From the human T2T-CHM13v2.0 reference genome, Homo sapiens, in the NCBI RefSeq assembly GCF_009914755.1, contig NC_060934.1: 64,000 nucleotides of DNA. One strand, written 5' to 3'. A program made the position numbers and the translations under genes. Shown piece by piece: positions 56,450-64,000 of the stretch. Under the pieces are notes generated by a model. It searched no databases and was not told the DNA's origin. It saw nothing but the letters and a program-made list of their open reading frames with translations. Position 1 is the first letter of the stretch. Each line of letters begins with the position of its first letter.

Positions 56450-57005
56450 ATCTTATTTTTTAAAGCAGCATTATTGAGATATAATTGACATACCACACAG
56501 TTCATCCATTTAAAATCTACAATTTAGTGGTGTTTAATAGAATAAAGTTTTCCAACTATCACCACAATTAGTTTTGGTACATCTTCATTACCCTAAAAAG
56601 AAACCTCATGCCCATTAATAGCCACTTTATTCTCCCCATCCCCCTCAGCCTTAAGCAACCACTAATTTGTGTTCTGACTCTATAGATATCCCTATTTTTG
56701 AAATGTCATAATAAGTGGAATCACACAATATTCCAAAAGGCCATTTCATTTCATGGTCTTTTGTGAGTGGCTTCTTTCACTCAGTAGAATATCTTCAAGG
56801 TTCATCCACACTGTAGCAAGTATCAGTACCTCATTTTTTAATATCACCAAATAATATTCCATGGCGTGGACATACCACGTTTCATTTATCCTTTCGTCAG
56901 TTGGTGGGCATTCAGTTGCTTCCACTTTGGGACTATTATGAATAATGCTGCTATGAGCATTCATGTACAAGTTTTTGTGTAGATACCTGTTTTCATTTCT
57001 GTTGG
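56450..57005 (-). mobile_element. L1MB-type 3' end
   Basis: cagcattattgagatataattgacatacc...gaataatgctgctatgagcattcatgtacaag. Confidence 0.82.
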
Positions 57006-57524
57006 GTCCACTGCATAGTTCTGTGCTTAATCAGGCATTGCTCTCTGTGGTTTCACACTTGTTCTTTTTTTGCTGGACTCACGATCTCTCACTCCACCCC
57101 AAATCTGCTCCTCCTCCAGCGCGCATTGCAGGCTCCACCACCTAGCCTGTTGCCCAAGCCAGAAACTTACAAGTCATCCTTTGCACCTTCCTCAGCTCCT
57201 CATCCTCCACCCTGCTGCAGCCCATATTGAGTCCAGTTGCAACTCAAATAGAAGTATTTCCCAGAGAAGCTTTGCTGATAGAATCAATCAGGTCATTCAT
57301 TCTTTATATGCTTTAACCCCTGTGTTTATGTTTGTGGGGTTATTTGATTAATATCTGTTTGCTCACAGTTTTAGTTCAAGTGCTTAGCATAGTGCCTAGT
57401 TTGTTGCAAGGCATGTAACCTTTTCAAGATTGGATATGTATCACACTCCCTTTACAACATCTCACAGCTCCCAATACACTAGCATTGTCAATAAGAGTTT
57501 GTTGTCTTAAACTGCTTCTTTTTT

Positions 57525-58400
57525 CACAATTTTTAAATTGTTATAATTTATGTGCAGTAAAATGCACCTTTTTTAGTGCGTCATTCTGTGTCTTTTGACA
57601 AATGCATACAGTCATGTAATCACGACCACAATTAAGATACAGAACAGTTCATCACCTCCAAAATTTCCCTGTGACCCTTTGTGGTCAACCCCTCCCCTCG
57701 ATCCTATCCCCTGAAAACCCCTGGCTTTTCTTTCACTTAGCATAATGCATTTGCAATTCACCCATGTTGTTGCAAAAGTTTATCCCTTTTTGTTGTTGAG
57801 TAATATTCCATTGTATAGATGAACTATAGTTTGTTTATTTATTCCCCAGTTAAAGAATATTTGCAGTTTCCAGTTTTTGGTGATTACGAATAAAGTCAGT
57901 ATAAACATTCATGTACAGGTTTTTGTGTGAACTAAGGTTTTGGTTTTACTTGAATAAATACATAGGAGTGGAGTCATTGGGTCTTATGTTAGGGGTGTAT
58001 ATCTTTAAAAGAAACTGTCAAACCGTTTTCCAAAATATTGTATCCTTTTGTACTCCCACCATCAGTGTGCGAGTTCCACTTGTTCTGCGTCCTTGCAATA
58101 CTTTGTACTGAGAGTTCTTTATCTACTTTCTCTGGATTCAAGTCCTTGATCAGATATGTGATTTGAAAATTGCTTTTTCCAATCTCAGACTTGTTTCATT
58201 CTCCTTATAACATCTTTTAAAGAGCAGAAGTTCCTGATTTTGATGACCAAGTTATCAATTTCTTTCCTTCTCTGGATCATGCTTTTGGTATCAATTCTAA
58301 GAACCCTTTGCCTAAACCAAGGTCATGGAAATTTTCTCCTGTATTTTCTTCAAGAAATTCTATAGTTTTTGGTTTTATAGTTGGGTCTTTGGGCCACCTT
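57525..58400 (-). mobile_element. L1MC/ME remnant
   Basis: Antisense L1M 3'UTR and ORF2 motifs. Confidence 0.7.
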
Positions 58401-58825
58401 TTTTTGCTTTTATTTTGTGAACTTTTTCGTCTGCTTTAAGCCTCAAATCTAGTCTATTAGTTACGTGCCTGTGTTGCCCTTCCAGGCTTCAAGCTCTTTG
58501 AGGGCAGAGATTGTTTTATCAGGGTCAGCATTTGCGTAAGCCCTAGAGTGAGCATCGCCTGACATTTGGAGCCTACACACCTCAGTTGCTCCCATAGTCC
58601 CAGCCTGTGTTCATGTTCATGTTTTCCACAACACCCCAGCCTCATGCTTCTCACTTTAGATACAGTACAGATGTTCCTGAAATTAAACAATGAGATCTTA
58701 GAAAGGCTTTAGGGCTCTGTATGCCATTGAAAATTAAGACAAATTAGGGTAACTAGGAAACATCATTTGTGGTCATTCAAAGGCACTGATTGTATGAGGC
58801 ACACTTCCCATGCGCAGTCACTTGA

Positions 58826-59237
<412 letters not shown>

Positions 59238-59844
59238 TAGATGATTAACCAAAGTGCTCTGATAGTGTACTTTTTAAAATCTGGAACCAAATTCAGGTGG
59301 AAAGTAGCAATGGAGACAGGAGTAATGTGTGAGGCCTAAAAATGGAAAGACAACTTTCTATCCTCAGTCGGAGTAGGCCCAGATGTGAAACGACAGGGTC
59401 ATTATATTCAGGGGCAATTTTTCCCTAGTTGCACTTTTTTCTTCCCAATATGTATGAGTTTTCATGGGACATCCACTTCTTGGGCTGCTTGGAGACAAGG
59501 GAAGGAGGCTTTCTCCATTCAAGGGTTGCAGATTCAGAGATTCAAGGAAAAGGCCATTCCATCTGGAAGCTGACTTCCTGACCTGTTTTCAGAACATTTT
59601 ACAGCAGGTACACCTGCGTCAGCAACAGAGAAAGAGAGGCATCCTTGGACAACAAAGCTACAGATCTAGCAGCATTTGGCTGTCTTTAGAGAAGGACAGA
59701 CAGCTCTCTCACTTGTGCTAGGTGTGCTAGGAGGTGCTCCCTCGTGCCTCTGCTGATGTGTTTGGGCAAAGAAAAAACAATGGCCAAAGAAGAACAAATT
59801 TATTTCTTACCACTGGAAAGGCCTTTAAAAAATTTTTTCTATTA

Positions 59845-60142
59845 AGAGATAGGGTTTTGCTATGTTGCCCAGGCTGGAGGGCAGTGGCTAGTCACATGCA
59901 CGATCCCACTACTGATCAGCATGGGAGTTTTGACTTGGTCAATTTCCGATCTGGGCTAGTTTGCCCCTCCTTAGGCAGCTTGGTGGTCCCTCCTTTCTGG
60001 AGTTCACCATATTGATGCTGAGCTTAGTATAGACATCCAATCAGCATAGTGGACTGCAGCCCAGAACTCCTGGGTTCAAGCCACCTTCCCGCCTCAGCCT
60101 CTTGAGTACCCAGGACTGCAGATGGGTGCCACCATACCCAGC
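59845..60142 (-). pseudogene. Full-length 7SL (SRP RNA) processed pseudogene
   Basis: Reverse complement of 7SL including the S domain absent from Alu (gatcccactactgatcagcatgggagttttgac, cccctccttaggc, caccatattgatgc); residual poly-T and TSD-like tggaaag..ttaaa flanks. Confidence 0.93.
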
Positions 60143-60174
60143 TGGAAAGAGCTTAAAGAACTTCAAAGCTTTGA

Positions 60175-60473
<299 letters not shown>

Positions 60474-60799
60474 CTTTGACAGAACATTTTGTCCCAGAAT
60501 GGAAAGGATCCATTTAAATACTGTGTTGTTGTTTTAATTACAAAGATTGAGAAATGGTGAGCGTAAAGCTTAGCGATTTGAACTGAGGCATCTTCTGGGA
60601 GCCAGAACAGACTCATTACAATAAACTTTATGAACTTGGCATTTTGTATTGCTTAAAAATAACCAATTACAGAAAATAGAAATGAGATGTCAAGATTTCT
60701 ATTTTAATTTTAAAGCAAATATAGTCTCTTTCTAGTGATTAATAATCAAACTTACTTCATACTTCAAAGGAACAGCCTAATTTAGGCAGTGTTTTAAAA

Positions 60800-61636
60800 A
60801 ATTAATTTTTGAATTGACAAATAATACTTGCATATATTTATGGGATACAACGTGATGTTTTGAAACGTGTCCATTGTGGAATGGCTAAATCAAGCTAATT
60901 GATATGTGCTTTACCTCACATACCACTTTTTGTGGTGAGAGAACTTAAAATTTACTGTCTTACTGATTTTCAAGTATATAATATATTGTTATCAATACAA
61001 TCCCCATGTTGTACAAGAGATCTCTTGAACTTATTCCTCCTACCTAATCTCCTAGTTAAGATTTCATCTTGATTCTTTTTTTTTTTTTCAACTTTTATGT
61101 TAGATACAGGGGCACATGTGCAGATTTGTTACATGGGAATATTGTGTGGTGTTAAGGTTTGCAGTATGGATCCCGTCACCCAGGTGGTGAGTGTAGTACC
61201 CCATAGGTAGTTTTTTAACCCACCTCCCCAACCTTCTAATAGTCCACATACTTATGTCCCTGTGTGCTCGATGTTTACTTTCCACTTGGAAGTGAGAACA
61301 TGCCGTATTTGGTTTTCTGTTCCTGTGTTAATTTGCTTAGGATTCTGGCCTCCAGCTCCATCCATGTTGCTGCAAACCACATGACTTCATTCTTTTTTTA
61401 TGGCTGCATAGTATTCTATGTTGTATATGGACCACATTTTCCTGATCCAATCTACCATTGCTGGGCACATGGGTTGATTCCCTGTCTTTGCTATTGTGAA
61501 TAGCACAGTGAATAGCACACTTGAGTGCATGTGTCTTTTGGTAGAGTTACATCTGCAAAGACCCTTATTCCAAATAAAGTCACATTCCGAGGTTCCAGGT
61601 AGACATCTTTTGGGAGACACTATTTCGACCCACTAC
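60800..61636 (-). mobile_element. Cluster: L1MA 3' end (about 60800-61048), L1PA15/16- or PB-like 3' end (about 61075-61545), MLT1 LTR fragment (about 61546-61636)
   Basis: Recalled motifs gtggaatggctaaatcaagctaatt; gtgcagatttgttacatggg; ttacatctgcaaagacccttattccaaataa. Confidence 0.75.
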
Positions 61637-64000
61637 ATATGCACTGATATAAAGGCTCAAAACTAAAAACAGCCACCTTTCTGTAAAAGAAGAGTTTGTA
61701 ATCACAACTTCTGGCTTGCTTGCTCTTAATCTCCCTCCAGCCAGGCCCTGAGGACAGTCACTAAGTTTCCCTGAAGTGACTGTCTCCACAGAAAACTTAA
61801 GACCAGCATTTATTATACTCACCTTCCTAACAATAGAACGAAGAGAACGAGAGTACATTGAAAAGGAAATAAGTTGGTACAATAATAACATTTCTAGGCC
61901 ATTTTTTTCAATGTTCAGAGGTTTCTCAAGATTGTGAGGGGAGAAAGGGAGAATAGGATACTGGTGGATTGCTTTTCCTTTAAGCAACTGTGCACCTAAC
62001 TGATTCTCTCATCTCATACTTTTGTATTTTACAAGAGATAATCTCCTTGCAAATAAGGTGACACTTGAGCAGACTGCAGTGGGATGTCCCGGGGGCATTC
62101 CGAGCCTTGCCGAGCTGAAGGAAGATGTGGGTGATTTCCCATGGAGGTCTCAGCGAGGGCAGGTTTCCCAGGCCTTGTCTGACTGTGGTCTTGTGAATTA
62201 GGGCGACAGTGATAACAAATCCTGGCAAGGGATGCTTGGTTCATCACAGACCAGCTCTGCCACTGACCTGAGATCCTGGGATGTGGGGAAGGGTTCCCAA
62301 ACTTGGTTGATCATCAGAATTATCTGGAGGCTTTTATATTTTGTTGTAAGATTCAACTTCCCAGCTCCTAACCCAGATCTACCCAATCAAAGCCTCTTTG
62401 TGGACTGAAGCCTGAGCTTTGGGGTTAGACTTGGGTCCAGATCTTAGCTCCTTCCCCAAGTCTCCCTTTGAGCTTCGACAAGCCAGGCAGGCTCTCATCT
62501 GTGTATCGAAGGGAGCAACATTCACCCAGGTGGCTCGTGAGGATCATAGATCACGTCTGTGCAAGTGGAAGCCATTTGATTGAAAAAATGGTTAATAAAT
62601 CCGAGCAATTTACTCTTGAGTTGTATGAAGCACCTTGTTTTTATGTAAAGGAGGGGCATAATAATTGTTTTTTTCAACAGGAGAAGCCAGCTGACCCTCG
62701 CTCTTATCTGATGGGAATGTAACTGGCATCAACATTTTCTAACTTTTCATTAAGAAGCATATGTTTTAAGACAATAGCAGGAACGAAAGAACCTATTCTT
62801 TCTGTGCCAGCATCCGTCCAGCTTAGAACAAAATGTTATTCATGGCCAGGCTCCACCTTGCTGAGAAAGCCTGGTATTTGTCTTTGTAGGCAATCCTTTT
62901 GACATCCTTAGAAGGCCTTGTGGAGACCCCAGAGAGCTGTAATTGCCTTAGGAGGAAGGTGGCATTTGGACTTGATGGGAGGGGGCTAGAATCCTACCCA
63001 CTTGTCAGTGGAGCTCGCCCAGCCTTGGGTTTGCCCTTCTCAGATTAAACAAAATAATCTACGTAGAGTATTTAGCCCAGCACCTGGCACTTGGAGGCCT
63101 GCAAAGAATGTTCGCTGCTGCTGCCATCAGACCCCTCTCTTCTTAGTGCCTGGACTCAGACACCTGGGGGTCTCAACCCGGCTAGATCTGGGGCTAGAAA
63201 CCCCTGAGGCTCTGCCCTGCCTCCAGCCCCTTCGGGATACTCTGGGAGGGCCTATGGCTAACATATGCTAGGGGCAAAGCAGGAACAGCCTCTGCTCTGA
63301 AGGGGAGGTTTCCTAAGCCAACTTTTTTCTTTTTATCTGATGGGAAGGGCTGAGTTAAGAGTGAGCAGCAGGGGACAGCACAAATAAATACAGAAAAACC
63401 TCTCCAGGAGCTGTGATTGTGTTCAGCACAATAGCAGGCCCTGGAGAGCAAGTTTTATCCAGTGGAGATTGGAAAGTAAAATAAATGTGGTCCTATTACC
63501 CCCTCTTCTGCAGACCCGACTCGCTACAGCCTATCCCTGAGCTCTGCCAGAGTAGAAGGGAAGTGTTTGTTCAGAGTCCTGGTCTCCTGTGGGGAAGAAG
63601 GTGCGGAAGTGAGTTCTTAGGGCTGGGGTCGAGATTCCCTGAAGTTTTGGGTGCTATTCTCCCAACCACCCTGGCTTTCTCAAACGCTGACAGCTCCAAG
63701 TCCCCGCCCTTCCCAGTGCTTTCCGGCCCACAGTGGGCCACCTCCAGCAGGGTGGGCCTGACAGACACACCCTGGCAATGACCTGTGGGGAAGAGTAGCC
63801 TTCTTCCAGCAACGGGCAAGAGGGGCTGGGGAGGATTGGTGGCTTTCTCCCTCAATACTCTCAGGACCAGCAGCTCAACTTTTACAGCCTTTGGTTGCTT
63901 TGAAGTGAGTCATACCATTGAAAAGATCTTTCTGGAACAAACACCATCTTTCATGAGAATGAGTCTCAGCTCTTCCACAGGGAGTGTTTCTAAGCACCGC

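Overview
Primate (very probably human) genomic DNA, rich in repeats. It contains the CpG-island promoter and first coding exon of AFAP1L2/XB130 on the minus strand (ATG GAG CGG TAC AAA G|GTGAG = MERYK, 40534-40519). To its left lies about 40 kb of intron 1, which includes a 54-nt in-frame cassette exon encoding a GCCC motif; to its right lies about 23 kb of upstream intergenic DNA. Most of the window is Alu, L1, L2, MIR, MaLR LTR and hAT DNA-transposon relics, plus a full-length 7SL retrocopy and a 5'-inverted (twin-primed) L1PA. The main hunt result is at about 11.5-15 kb on the plus strand, antisense inside intron 1. By-eye translation across stops and frameshifts recovers, in the correct order, an LRRNT cap, roughly 8-10 degenerate leucine-rich repeats, an LRRCT cap, a stalk, a phase-1 transmembrane exon and a Ser/Lys/Arg-rich tail. 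This looks like an ancient unitary pseudogene of a type-I LRR receptor-like gene, disrupted by an AluJ and apparently by an L2. All calls were made by reading the sequence and recalling consensus sequences; no searches were run, and repeat boundaries and subfamilies are approximate.
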